IMG/VR virus record: IMGVR_UViG_2684623061_000001
Coordinates: 1,800 to 65,799 of that record
Strand: one strand, 5' to 3'
DNA from: a virus
Taxonomy: Duplodnaviria; Caudoviricetes
Length of the DNA: 64,000 nucleotides
The notes under the pieces were generated by a model. The model was not told the DNA's origin and did no database searches. It was given only the letters and a program-made list of their open reading frames with translations. Every line of letters starts with the position of its first letter. Positions within the stretch are counted from its first letter, which is position 1. The position numbers and the translations under genes were made by a program. Of the stretch, positions 26,063-36,113 are shown in pieces.

Positions 26063-26093
26063 AAACCCCAGCGTCCCTCGGGCACTGGGGTTT
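26063..26093 (+). terminator. Hairpin / terminator closing the cassette array
   Basis: AAACCCCAG...CTGGGGTTT. Confidence 0.5.
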
Positions 26094-26157
26094 GCGTGCT
26101 TCGCCTTCACTAACCTCCGCGCGGGGCCGGCGGGCACCGGATTCGATTGCTTCTATC

Positions 26158-26706
26158 GTGGGAATTTCCATCCGCGCCTACGGCCGCCATCGGGGCGTGT
26201 CGGATACGGCCGTACGCAAAGCCATTGCCGCCGGCCGCATCACTGCCGAGGCGGATGGGACCATCAGTCCCGCACGCGCCGACGCCGAGTGGGCGGCTAG
26301 CACCCGCGCGCCGGACCCGCCCCTGGTCGCGCCTGCGCGGCCGGCGCGGACGCGCGCGGCAACCGGCGCCGAGGACGATGTAGCCGGCGTAGCTACGGTC
26401 AGCACCAAGGGCGGCAGCAACACCTACGCGCAGGCTCGCACGGCCAACGAAGTCCTCAAGGCGCAGCACCACAAGCTGCGCATCGCCCAGCTCAAGGGTG
26501 AGTTGATCGACCGGTCCCAGGCGACGGCGCAGGTGTTCGCGCTGGCGCGGGCTGAGCGCGACGCCTGGCTGAATTGGCCGGCGCGGATCAGCTCGATGCT
26601 GGCCGCCGAGCTTGGACTTGACCCACACACCATGCATGTCGCGCTGGAGCGCGAAGTGCGGCAGCACCTGACTGAACTCGCGGAGTTCAACGCCCGACTG
26701 GACTAA
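26158..26706 (+). CDS. Terminase small subunit-like protein
   Basis: N-terminal HTH SIRAYGRHRGVSDTAVRKAI; coiled coil, GELID; directly upstream of TerL; GTG start. Confidence 0.8.
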   Translation: MGISIRAYGRHRGVSDTAVRKAIAAGRITAEADGTISPARADAEWAASTRAPDPPLVAPARPARTRAATGAEDDVAGVATVSTKGGSNTYAQARTANEVLKAQHHKLRIAQLKGELIDRSQATAQVFALARAERDAWLNWPARISSMLAAELGLDPHTMHVALEREVRQHLTELAEFNARLD

Positions 26707-26709
26707 TTC

Positions 26710-29700
26710 TTGTACGACGGCTTCGACCACGTTGAGAAGGCGTGGCGCGATGGCCTGACGCCCGATCCGTTTCTGGACGTGTCCGATTGGGCGGACCGCG
26801 ACCGGGTGCTGTCGAGCACCTCGTCCTCGGAGCCGGGTCGCTGGCGAACCGCGCGCACGCCGTACTTGCGCGACATCATGAACGACCTGTCGCCGGCTTC
26901 GGCGACCGAGCGCGTCGTGTTCATGAAGGGCGCGCAGGTCGGCGGTCCGCTGGCGCTGGATACCCCGCTGCCGACGCCGTCGGGTTGGATAACGATGGGC
27001 GAAGTGCAAGTCGGAGACGCCTTGTTCGATGAGCAGGGTTGGCCCTGCCGGGTCGTCGGCGTGTCGCCGGTCTACGTCGACCGCGAGTGCTTCGAGATCG
27101 AGTTCGACGACGGCGAACGGATCGTTTGCGACGCCGAGCATCGCTGGCCGACCCTGGATTTCACCACGGACGCGCCGCGTCGAAAGACCCTGCGGACGGG
27201 GCAGATGGTGGGGCGAACCCAACTTGGGGGTAGCCCGCGCCGACGCTTCGGCATCGACAACGGCGGCGCACTGGCCCTGCCGGAGCGCGATTACCCGGTG
27301 CATCCCTACCTTCTCGGGCTCTGGCTGGGCGATGGCAACGCCTGGATGAACCACCTGTCGGTGCACGAGGACGATCGCGAAGTCGTCGAGCACCTGGCCG
27401 ACTGCGGCGTCCGGGCATTGTTTCGGCTTCCGCACTGGCGCAAGGGCAAGTGCGCCAATGTCGTGATCGACCCAGTCTACGCAGTGGACCAGTCCGGCCA
27501 GGCACCGGCCAGCTGCGGCACCTCTTTGTTCTCGGTGCGGCTGCGGCAGCTGAACTTGATCGACAACAAGCATCTCCCAGCTGCTTACCTGCGCGGCGGG
27601 CACGAACAACGTCTGGCCCTGGTGCAGGGGCTGATGGACAGCGACGGGTCGATCACGCCGGACGGCAAGCGCTGCGAGTTCAGCAATACGAATTCGCGCC
27701 TGGTGGAGGGCATGGTCGAGCTGCTGCGCAGCCTGGGCTACAAGCCCGCGGTCTATCACCACGAGGCCAAGACCCCGAAGCGCGCGGACGGTCGGCAGCG
27801 ACCTTGCGCCGCGGGTTGGCGGGTGTCGTGGACGGCCTACGCCGAGGAGCCGATGTTTCGGCTGTCCCGCAAGCGGGCACGAATGCGCCCGCGCAGTGCC
27901 GGCCGCCCCGGCCGCGCGCTGCGTCGCCGCATTGTTGCGATCCGTCCGGTGCCATCGGTCCCGGTGCGTTGCATTGAGGTCGACACGCCCAGCCACCTCT
28001 ATCTGTGCGGGAAGGGATTCATCCCGACCCACAACACCGAGTGCGGCAACAACTGGATCGGCTACGTCATCGCGTGCGCGCCCGGGCCGATGATGGCCGT
28101 GGCGCCCACGGTCGAGATGGCCAAGCGCAACTCGAAACAGCGCATCGACCCGCTGATCGAGGAGTCGCCGTCGCTGCGTGAGCGCATCGCGCCCTCGCGC
28201 GCGCGGGACGCCGGCAACACGATCCTGGCCAAGGAGTTCCGCGGCGGCGTCCTGGTTCTGACGGGTGCGAACAGCGCGGTCGGCCTGCGCTCGATGCCGG
28301 TGCGGTATTTGTTTCTGGACGAAGTGGATGGCTACCCGCGCGACGTAGAGGGCGAAGGCGATGCGGTCGCGCTGGCTGAGGCCCGCACCCGTACCTTCAC
28401 CCGCCGCAAGATTCTGTTGGTGTCGACGCCGACGATTGCCGGCGCCAGCACCATCGAGCGCGAGTACCTGGCCTCCGACCAGCGTCGCTACTTTGTGCCG
28501 TGTCCACACTGCGCCCATGCGCAATGGCTCCGGTTCGAGCAGCTGCGCTGGACCTGGGGCGACCCACGCTCGGCGCGCTACATCTGCGAGTCCTGCGAGC
28601 AGCCCATCGGCGAGCACCACAAGACCGCGATGCTGGCGGACGGCCGATGGGTCGCCACGGCGCCACAAAACCGCGGCAAGACGGCCGGTTACCACCTCTC
28701 ATCGTTGTACTCGCCGGTCGGCTGGCGCAGTTGGGCCGACATCGCCGCCGCATGGGAAACCGCGCAGGGATCGGCGACGGCGCTGAAAGCGTTCAAGAAC
28801 ACCGAGTTGGGCGAGACGTGGGAGGAGGAAGGCGAGGCCCCGGACTGGGAGCGCTTGCTGGAACGACGCGAGGACTACCGCATCGGCACCGTGCCGGCGG
28901 GCGGCCTGTTGCTGGCCGGCGGCGCCGACATTCAGAAGGACCGAATCGAGGTATCGGTGTGGGCCTTCGGCCGTGGCCGGGAGACGTGGCTGGTCGAGCA
29001 CCGCGTGTTGATGGGCGATACCGCCCGCGCTGCGGTCTGGAATGAGCTGGGCGCCATCTTGTCGGAGCAGTGGACCCACGCGAGTGGCGCGCTGCTGCCG
29101 CTGACCCGCCTGGGCCTGGACACCGGATTCGCGACGCAGGAGGCCTATGCCTTCGCGCGCGGCGTCAACGACCCACGCCTGCTGCCAATGAAGGGCGTCG
29201 GCAGCGGGGCGGCGCTCATTGGCACCCCGACCGCGGTCGACGTCAGCGTGCCGGGCAAGCGGTTGCGGCGGGGGCTGAAGCTGTTCGCCATTGCGGGCGG
29301 CATCGCCAAACTGGAGTTCTACAACGCCCTGCGACTGTCGATCGAGATCGGCCCGGACGGACAGCCGGCATTCCCGCCCGGCTATGTCCACCTGCCGAAG
29401 ATCGATGGCGAGTTTCTGCAGCAGCTGACCGCCGAACACCTGATCACCCGCCGCGACCGCCACGGCTATCCGCAGCGCGTGTGGGAGAAGCGCCGCGACC
29501 GCAACGAAGCCTTGGACTGCTACGTCATGGCACGCGCTGCGGCGATGCAGGCGGGCGTCGATCGCTTCGAAGAGCGGCATTGGCGCGAGCTGGAGCGAAC
29601 GCTCGGCATCGAGATCGGCCCGCCGCCCCTGCCACCAGCCCCGCCGTCTTATCCCACACCACAGGCCGCCCCATCGGGCGGCCTTTCCGTTTCTGGACCC

Positions 29701-29745
29701 GCGCGCCGTGGGCGCCGAGTCATTCCGAGCCGTTTCATGCGATGA
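26710..29745 (+). CDS. Terminase large subunit (lambda gpA family) with intein
   Basis: WRTARTPY, KGAQVGG|T, LFLDEVD, STPT, CPHC, GADIQ, RNEALDC. Confidence 0.95.
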   Translation: MYDGFDHVEKAWRDGLTPDPFLDVSDWADRDRVLSSTSSSEPGRWRTARTPYLRDIMNDLSPASATERVVFMKGAQVGGPLALDTPLPTPSGWITMGEVQVGDALFDEQGWPCRVVGVSPVYVDRECFEIEFDDGERIVCDAEHRWPTLDFTTDAPRRKTLRTGQMVGRTQLGGSPRRRFGIDNGGALALPERDYPVHPYLLGLWLGDGNAWMNHLSVHEDDREVVEHLADCGVRALFRLPHWRKGKCANVVIDPVYAVDQSGQAPASCGTSLFSVRLRQLNLIDNKHLPAAYLRGGHEQRLALVQGLMDSDGSITPDGKRCEFSNTNSRLVEGMVELLRSLGYKPAVYHHEAKTPKRADGRQRPCAAGWRVSWTAYAEEPMFRLSRKRARMRPRSAGRPGRALRRRIVAIRPVPSVPVRCIEVDTPSHLYLCGKGFIPTHNTECGNNWIGYVIACAPGPMMAVAPTVEMAKRNSKQRIDPLIEESPSLRERIAPSRARDAGNTILAKEFRGGVLVLTGANSAVGLRSMPVRYLFLDEVDGYPRDVEGEGDAVALAEARTRTFTRRKILLVSTPTIAGASTIEREYLASDQRRYFVPCPHCAHAQWLRFEQLRWTWGDPRSARYICESCEQPIGEHHKTAMLADGRWVATAPQNRGKTAGYHLSSLYSPVGWRSWADIAAAWETAQGSATALKAFKNTELGETWEEEGEAPDWERLLERREDYRIGTVPAGGLLLAGGADIQKDRIEVSVWAFGRGRETWLVEHRVLMGDTARAAVWNELGAILSEQWTHASGALLPLTRLGLDTGFATQEAYAFARGVNDPRLLPMKGVGSGAALIGTPTAVDVSVPGKRLRRGLKLFAIAGGIAKLEFYNALRLSIEIGPDGQPAFPPGYVHLPKIDGEFLQQLTAEHLITRRDRHGYPQRVWEKRRDRNEALDCYVMARAAAMQAGVDRFEERHWRELERTLGIEIGPPPLPPAPPSYPTPQAAPSGGLSVSGPARRGRRVIPSRFMR
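26947..28035 (+). mobile_element. Class 3 intein with LAGLIDADG homing endonuclease (363 aa)
   Basis: Starts P-LALDTP, ends PTHN before Thr+1; WCT triad (AEHRW, VRCIEV, PTHN); LLGLWLGDG and VQGLMDSDG. Confidence 0.88.
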
Positions 29746-29960
29746 CCAACCTGCCTTACACCCACGAACAATTGCAGGCGCTGCGCAAGGCGCTCGCGCG
29801 CGGCGAACGCCGCGTCAGCTTCGGCGACCGCCTGGTCGAGTACCGCTCCGTCGATGAGTTGTTGGCGGCGATTCGCGAGATCGAAGCCGCGCTTGCCGGT
29901 ACCGAAGGCCAGCCGCGACGCGTTCGTCGTCTGCGCGTGACCACGAACAAGGGATTCTGA
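29742..29960 (+). CDS. gpW-like head-tail joining protein
   Basis: YTHEQLQALRKALARGERRVSFGDRLVEYRSVDEL between TerL and portal. Confidence 0.85.
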   Translation: MTNLPYTHEQLQALRKALARGERRVSFGDRLVEYRSVDELLAAIREIEAALAGTEGQPRRVRRLRVTTNKGF

Positions 29961-31456
29961 TGAGTTGGTGGTCTCGCCTCCGAACCTCGATGTTCGGAGG
30001 TTCGCCCGTGCACGAAGCATCGGGCTACGGCCGCCGCTCGACCGCCTGGCAACCCAGCAACCCCGGTGCGGTGGCCGCGTTGCTGGCGACCGGCGACGCC
30101 TTGCGGGTGCGCTCGCGCGACCTGGTCCGCCGCAATGCCTGGGCCAATGCGGCGGTCGAGGCGTTCGTCGCAAACGCGGTCGGCACGGGCATCAAGCCGC
30201 AGTCCTTGCTCGCCGATCAGCCGCAGCGTGAAGCGTTGCAAGCGCTGTGGCGCGACTGGTGCGACGAGGCCGATGCGGCCGGGCTGACCGATCTGTACGG
30301 CCTGCAAGCCCTGGCCTGCCGCGCGCTGCTGGAGGGCGGCGAGTGCCTGGTGCGCCTGCGCCCGCGCCGCGACGAAGACGGCCTGGTCGTGCCGCTCCAA
30401 TTGCAGGTGCTCGAACCCGAGCACTTGCCGATGTCGCTGAACCGCGAGGAGCCGAACGGCAACCTGACCCGCGCGGGCATCGAGTTCGATCGGCTCGGTC
30501 GACGGGTGGCCTACCACCTGTATCTGTCGCACCCGCAAGACGGGGCGATGGCGCCGATGTCGCGGCACGGCGGCATGGAAACGTTCCGGGTGCCGGCATC
30601 GGAGATCCTGCATATTTTCCGGCCGCTGCGGCCGGGGCAGATTCGCGGCGAGCCGTGGTTGGCGCGCGCGCTGGTCAAGCTCAATGAGCTGGACCAGTAC
30701 GACGACGCCGAACTGGTGCGCAAGAAGACGGCGGCGATGTTCGCCGGCTTCATCACCCGCGACGGTCCGGAAGATCCTTTACCCGGCGATGGACCGCCCG
30801 ACGAATCCGGTAATGCACCGCTCGGCCTGGAGCCGGGCACGTTACAGATCCTCGAAGCCGGCGAGAACGTCACTTTTTCGCAACCCGCGGATGTGGGGTC
30901 GAGCTACGACCCGTTCCTACGTGCCCAATTCCGCGCCGTCGCCGCGGCGATCGGCATCACCTACGAGCAGCTCACCGGCGACCTGTCGGGGGTGAACTAC
31001 TCCTCGATTCGCGCGGGCCTGCTGGAGTTCCGGCGCCGCTGCGAGATGGTCCAGCACGCGGTGCTGGTCTATCAGCTGTGCCGGCCGATCTGGAATGCGT
31101 TCGTCGATGCTGCCGTGCTCTCGGGAGCGATCGACCTGCCCGGTTACCGCCGCCGCAAGCGCCAGTACCGCGCCTGCAAATGGGTACCGCAGGGGTGGAG
31201 TTGGGTCGATCCAGAGAAGGAGTTCAACGCGATGATCCTGGCGATCCGCGCAGGGCTGCTGTCGCGCTCCGAAGCGATCGCCAGTTCCGGCTACGACGCC
31301 GAGACGATCGACCGCGAGATCGCTGCCGACGCCGAGCGCGCCGATGCGCTTGGTCTGGTCCTCGACACCGATCCCCGCGTCGTCGCCCGCAATGGCGTCA
31401 AGCACGCCCCACCGCCGGCCGACGCGCCGGTCCAAGAATCGAAACCTACGCAATGA
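29960..31456 (+). CDS. Portal protein, lambda family
   Basis: RSRDLVRRN, RPGQIRG, LTGDLSGVNYSSIRAG, WVDPEKE. Confidence 0.95.
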   Translation: MSWWSRLRTSMFGGSPVHEASGYGRRSTAWQPSNPGAVAALLATGDALRVRSRDLVRRNAWANAAVEAFVANAVGTGIKPQSLLADQPQREALQALWRDWCDEADAAGLTDLYGLQALACRALLEGGECLVRLRPRRDEDGLVVPLQLQVLEPEHLPMSLNREEPNGNLTRAGIEFDRLGRRVAYHLYLSHPQDGAMAPMSRHGGMETFRVPASEILHIFRPLRPGQIRGEPWLARALVKLNELDQYDDAELVRKKTAAMFAGFITRDGPEDPLPGDGPPDESGNAPLGLEPGTLQILEAGENVTFSQPADVGSSYDPFLRAQFRAVAAAIGITYEQLTGDLSGVNYSSIRAGLLEFRRRCEMVQHAVLVYQLCRPIWNAFVDAAVLSGAIDLPGYRRRKRQYRACKWVPQGWSWVDPEKEFNAMILAIRAGLLSRSEAIASSGYDAETIDREIAADAERADALGLVLDTDPRVVARNGVKHAPPPADAPVQESKPTQ

Positions 31457-32637
31457 CCGGACTGCCTCAACTGGCGGCGCGCGTGTTCAACACGCCGCTG
31501 CTCATTCAACGCGCCAAGCTGGAAGTGATCCTGGGCGTGCTGGCGCCCAAGTTCGAGCTGCAAACCTTGCCACCGTCGCAGATGGCGCCGCCGGGCCCGC
31601 TGCCCCCGCCCACCTTGCAGACCCAGAACGGCGTTTTCGTCTTGCCGGTCCACGGCACCCTGGTGCAGCGAACGGTTGGGTTGGACGCGCTGTCCGGGCT
31701 GACCAGCTACCAGTCGATCGCGCGCCGGTTGGATGCGGCGTTGGCCGACGAGTCGGTCCGCGGCATCGTCCTCGACATCGACAGTCCCGGCGGCGAAGCC
31801 GCGGGCGTGTTCGATCTGGCCGACCAAATCTACGCCGCGCGAATCCGCAAGCCGATCTGGGCGGTGGCCAACGATGCTGCGTTCTCGGCCGCCTACGCGA
31901 TCGCCAGTGCCGCTGACCGCGTCTTCCTGACGCGCACCGCCGGTGTCGGTTCGATCGGCGTGATCGCCTTGCACGTCGATCAGTCGCAGTCCGATACGAA
32001 CGCCGGATTGAAGTTCACGCCCATCCATGCGGGCGCACGCAAGAACGACGGAACGCCGCATGGCCCCCTGACCGATGAAGCCCGCAATTCGATCCAGACC
32101 GAGGTCAACCGCCTCCACGAGCTGTTCGTCCTGACCGTCGCTGACCAGCGCGGTCTCAGCGCCGAAGCCGTACGCAAGACCGAAGCGGCGCTGTACTTCG
32201 GCCAGGACGCGATCAACGTTGGCCTGGCCGACCGCCTCGGCACGCTCAGCGATGCCGTGCAGCAAATGCACACCGAACTCGACGCCACCGTGCGTCTGCC
32301 TTTCCTGGAGAACCCCACGATGTCCACCCCCGAAGCGACGGCGCCGGCCGTTGTTGATCTTGATGCTGCTCGCGCGCAAGCCCGCAGCGACGCCCTCGCC
32401 ATCGCCGAGCTGTGCGAGTTGGCCGGCCAGCCACAGATGACCGCGACGCTGCTGGCCGAAGGCGTCACCCCGGCTGTTGCTCGTCAGCGCCTGCTCGCGG
32501 CCAAGGCCGATTCCGCCGAAATCACCAGCCATTTGTCGCCGACCGTGCCGATGTCGACCACCACTGCGTCGCTCGACGACAACCCACTAATCCAAGCCGT
32601 CAAGGCGCGCGCTGCGCTCGCGCGCAAGGAGCGCTGA
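31453..32637 (+). CDS. S49 prohead protease / scaffold (gpC-like)
   Basis: LDIDSPGGE, AFSAAYAIAS, GSIGV. Confidence 0.92.
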   Translation: MTGLPQLAARVFNTPLLIQRAKLEVILGVLAPKFELQTLPPSQMAPPGPLPPPTLQTQNGVFVLPVHGTLVQRTVGLDALSGLTSYQSIARRLDAALADESVRGIVLDIDSPGGEAAGVFDLADQIYAARIRKPIWAVANDAAFSAAYAIASAADRVFLTRTAGVGSIGVIALHVDQSQSDTNAGLKFTPIHAGARKNDGTPHGPLTDEARNSIQTEVNRLHELFVLTVADQRGLSAEAVRKTEAALYFGQDAINVGLADRLGTLSDAVQQMHTELDATVRLPFLENPTMSTPEATAPAVVDLDAARAQARSDALAIAELCELAGQPQMTATLLAEGVTPAVARQRLLAAKADSAEITSHLSPTVPMSTTTASLDDNPLIQAVKARAALARKER

Positions 32638-32638
32638 G

Positions 32639-33031
32639 ATGCGACTGACCACCTACCCACCGGTCCACGAGGGTCAGAACCTGGGCGATTTGCTCAAGTT
32701 CGAGGCCGACAACCTGTACTCGCGCGATCAGGTCACCGTCGCCGCCGATCAAGTGCTGAAGCTCGGCCAGATCATCGGTCGCATTACTGCGACCGGCGAA
32801 GTGGCCGCCCTCGATCCGGCGGCTACGGACGGCCGGGAAGTCGCGGCCGGTGTCGCCATTGTGCCGATCACGACCACGATCGACCCGAGTCCGGACGGCC
32901 TGATCGTCGCCCGGCACGCCACGGTCGCCGACCACGCCCTGGTCTGGCCGATCCGAGCCACCCCTGAACAACGCGCCGCCGCCACTGCGCAGCTGCGCGG
33001 CATCGGCGTCCTCGTGCGCCGCGGAGTCTGA
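32639..33031 (+). CDS. Head decoration protein (gpD-like)
   Basis: Between protease and MCP; LGDLLKFE..YSRD..LDPAATDG. Confidence 0.85.
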   Translation: MRLTTYPPVHEGQNLGDLLKFEADNLYSRDQVTVAADQVLKLGQIIGRITATGEVAALDPAATDGREVAAGVAIVPITTTIDPSPDGLIVARHATVADHALVWPIRATPEQRAAATAQLRGIGVLVRRGV

Positions 33032-33034
33032 TCC

Positions 33035-34042
33035 ATGTCGATGAACAACCCGTTCCACAACCCCGCGTTCTCGATGAGCGCGCTGACCACCGCGATCAAC
33101 ATCCTGCCGAACCAGTACGGCCGTCTGGACGAACTGAATCTGTTTCCGGTCAAGCCGGTGCGCACGCGCCAGGTCACGGTCGAGGAGCGCAACGGCGTGT
33201 TGTCGCTGCTGCCGACCCAGCCGGTCGGCTCGCCGGGCACTGTGGGCAAGCGCGGCAAGCGCGCCCTTCGCGCCTTCAACGTCCCGCACATTCCGCATGA
33301 CGATGTCGTCTTGCCGGAGGAGGTCATCGGCGTCCGCGCCTTTGGCTCGGAGAGCGAGCTGCAAACGGTGGCCGGCGTCATGGCGGATCACCTGCAGACC
33401 ATGCGCAACAAGCACTCGATCACGCTGGAGCACCTGCGCATCGGTGCGCTGAAGGGCGTGATCCTCGATGCCGATGGCAGCGAGTTGGCCAATCTGTTCG
33501 ATATCTTCGATATCGTCCCGAAGACGTTCGATTTTCAGCTGAGCAAGCCCGACACCGATGTAAAGAAGAAGTGTCTTGATCTCAAGCGCTATATGAGCAA
33601 GGCCTTGCTTGGCGAGCGCATGGTGGGCATCCACGTCATGGTGTCTCCCGAGTTCTTCGACGCCTTTACCGGGCATCCTGCGGTCAAGGACGCGTATCGC
33701 CTGTGGCAGGACGGTCTGATTCTGCGCGAGGACATGCGGTCGGACTTTCGGTTCGCCGGCATCCGTTTCGAGGAATACACCGGCGAGGCCGGCAACGCAG
33801 ACGGTACGACCCGCCGTTTCATCGAAGAAGGGGAGGCGCACGCGTTCCCGCTGGGTACGCTGGACACCTTCGCGACCTACGTGGCGCCGGCGGATTTCAA
33901 CGAGAGTGTGAACACGCTCGGCCAGCTCCTTTACAGCAAGCAGGCACCACGAAAGTTCGACCGTGGTACCGATCTGCACACGCAGTCGAATCCGCTGCCG
34001 ATGTGCCATCGCCCGGCGTTGCTGCCCAAGCTGAAGGCGTGA
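33035..34042 (+). CDS. Major capsid protein (lambda gpE family)
   Basis: FSMSALTTAIN, TLEHLRIGALKG, QSNPLPMCHRP. Confidence 0.93.
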   Translation: MSMNNPFHNPAFSMSALTTAINILPNQYGRLDELNLFPVKPVRTRQVTVEERNGVLSLLPTQPVGSPGTVGKRGKRALRAFNVPHIPHDDVVLPEEVIGVRAFGSESELQTVAGVMADHLQTMRNKHSITLEHLRIGALKGVILDADGSELANLFDIFDIVPKTFDFQLSKPDTDVKKKCLDLKRYMSKALLGERMVGIHVMVSPEFFDAFTGHPAVKDAYRLWQDGLILREDMRSDFRFAGIRFEEYTGEAGNADGTTRRFIEEGEAHAFPLGTLDTFATYVAPADFNESVNTLGQLLYSKQAPRKFDRGTDLHTQSNPLPMCHRPALLPKLKA

Positions 34043-34332
34043 CGTCTCCGTTCGAGAACATGGACGATGTACTCTTCGAGACGCTCGGCGTCGTCGCGCG
34101 GATTGAACGCGATGGCGGTCACACGGTGAGATCGCTCATCATGGTGCGCGACGGCGTCGAGCGCCTGGGCGAGTTCCAGCAGGTCATCGGCCGAGCCCGT
34201 CATGTCGTGGCGCGCAATAGCGAGTGGGTATTCCGGCGCGGCGATGAGGTCACCCTCGACGGCCGCACGCAGTCCGTTGAGACGTTGGTGCGGGACGATG
34301 GCCTGATCAACGAAGCCATCTTGCATGGCTAA
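34039..34332 (+). CDS. Head-tail joining protein
   Basis: 97-aa ORF after the MCP (GTG start), RRGDEVTLDG. Confidence 0.65.
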   Translation: MTSPFENMDDVLFETLGVVARIERDGGHTVRSLIMVRDGVERLGEFQQVIGRARHVVARNSEWVFRRGDEVTLDGRTQSVETLVRDDGLINEAILHG

Positions 34333-34753
34333 CTCCGCGCCGAGTTGGGCCTTGCTGCAGCGGATCGCCGAGCGCCTGACCACTATCCGAATCGACAGTG
34401 GATATCGAACCGAGGTGGGCATGGCCGTCGCCTTGGAGCCGGCGCAGCATCCCGACGAGTCGGTGGTAGGGCTGACGCTGGCATCCCTGGGCATCCAACG
34501 TGACACCCATCAGCCGCACGGCCGGCATCGACTATTGCGGGCCTTGGTCGAAGCCACCCTGCCGGCGACGTTGGCCGACGCCCATCTGCGTTCACACGAC
34601 ATCGCCGCGGACATCGAGGACGCGCTCGAAGCCTGGATACCGCTGCCGAATGCCTTGCCGGTGCAGGTCGAGGACATCGTGTTCCTGGATCGGCCTGAAG
34701 GACTGCCGGTGGTCGCGGTGCAAGTCGCCCTGACGATTCGTTACCGCCGCTGA
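34325..34753 (+). CDS. Tail terminator-like protein
   Basis: RLTTIRIDSGYRTEVG; position in the head-tail block. Confidence 0.65.
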   Translation: MANSAPSWALLQRIAERLTTIRIDSGYRTEVGMAVALEPAQHPDESVVGLTLASLGIQRDTHQPHGRHRLLRALVEATLPATLADAHLRSHDIAADIEDALEAWIPLPNALPVQVEDIVFLDRPEGLPVVAVQVALTIRYRR

Positions 34754-35301
34754 TGGATCTGTCGATCGATGCGAATGGCGTGCTGGATACGGCCAGGCGC
34801 ATCAGCGCAGTCCCGGCCAAGCTCGCCATGGCCCAGCGTCGCGCGCTGGGCACCCTGCGCCGCCGCTGGCCGGTGATCGCCCGTCGCGACATCCAGACCG
34901 AATACGCCTTGTCCGCGGCCCGTATTCGCGCGGGCCTGGGTGTTCGGAATACGGCGGAGGGCGTGGAACTGGTCGGCGTCGCGCGCGGTGTCGGCCTACG
35001 CAATTTCGCTTCCAAGCGCAGCGCCGATGACCGCGGCCTGGACTACACCGCAGTGCGTGGCCGGCGAAGTTTCAAACGCTCGGGCTTCCATCGGCGCTAC
35101 GGCGGCGCCGACATCGCCTTTGAGCGCACCCCGGTCGCGGGCGCGAAGCGCGTGCCGCGCACCCCGATCCGTCGCCTCTATGGCCCGTCGTTGGCGCAGA
35201 TGTTGCGCCACGGCGACCGGCCAGAGCGCATGGGCCAAGCCGGCCTGGATGTGATCACCGCCGAGATCGACCGGCTGCTGCTGCGCTCCCTGCGCCGCTA
35301 A
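34753..35301 (+). CDS. Minor tail protein (gpZ-like)
   Basis: Basic protein, PIRRLYGPS motif. Confidence 0.7.
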   Translation: MDLSIDANGVLDTARRISAVPAKLAMAQRRALGTLRRRWPVIARRDIQTEYALSAARIRAGLGVRNTAEGVELVGVARGVGLRNFASKRSADDRGLDYTAVRGRRSFKRSGFHRRYGGADIAFERTPVAGAKRVPRTPIRRLYGPSLAQMLRHGDRPERMGQAGLDVITAEIDRLLLRSLRR

Positions 35302-35354
35302 ACCGGCGGCCGTCTGGCCGCCCTGACACCATAGATATAGGAGCACGCGACCCG

Positions 35355-36113
35355 ATGGCCGCGCAGGATCTGTTTTCCTTCCAGGGCAAGGTTTACCTCG
35401 CCCAACGCCGCACCAACGGCAAGCCCGGCCCGCTGCGGTGGGTCGGCAACGCCCCCCAATTGCAGCTCGCGTTGGAGGTCCAGAACTCGGACAAGACCGA
35501 GTCCTTCAGCGGCAACCGCATGCTGTACGGCCGCTTGGTCCAGAGCAAGACCGCCAATGTCAACCTGACCCTGGACGAGGCGACGCCGGAGAACCTCGCC
35601 GAGGGCCTGTACTCCATTCCGGCGACCTTGCCGGCGGGCGCGATCAGTAACGAGCTACTGCCGCCGGGCCTGAAGGCCAACGACGTGATCGCGCTCGACC
35701 GCGGTTGGATCAGCGAACTGTCGATGACCGATAGCGCCACGCCCCCGGTCACGATTCCACCGGCGAACTGGTGGACCGAATCGGCGTCGTCGGGCCTGAT
35801 TGGCCTGCGTAAGGTCGATGGCCACACGCAGCCGTTCAAGGCCACCTACCAGCATGGCGAGACGGTCAATATCGCCCTGTTCAACACCCCGCCGCCGGAG
35901 CGGATGCTGTTCCTGGACGGCATCAACACGGTCAACGGCCGCCGGGCGAAGGTGACGCTGTACCGCGTCGCGTTCAACCCCATCGAGCAGCTCGACCTGA
36001 TCTCGGAGGAGTGGGGCAGCCTGCAGTTGTCGGGTGCCGCCCTGTTCGATGAGACCCGAGCGCTCGACCCGGCGCTGGGCGGGTTCGGCCGGATCGAGAT
36101 GGTGAAGGAGTAA
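35355..36113 (+). CDS. Major tail tube protein
   Basis: FSFQGKVY..WVGNAP..ESFSGNR; AGGAG RBS. Confidence 0.85.
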   Translation: MAAQDLFSFQGKVYLAQRRTNGKPGPLRWVGNAPQLQLALEVQNSDKTESFSGNRMLYGRLVQSKTANVNLTLDEATPENLAEGLYSIPATLPAGAISNELLPPGLKANDVIALDRGWISELSMTDSATPPVTIPPANWWTESASSGLIGLRKVDGHTQPFKATYQHGETVNIALFNTPPPERMLFLDGINTVNGRRAKVTLYRVAFNPIEQLDLISEEWGSLQLSGAALFDETRALDPALGGFGRIEMVKE

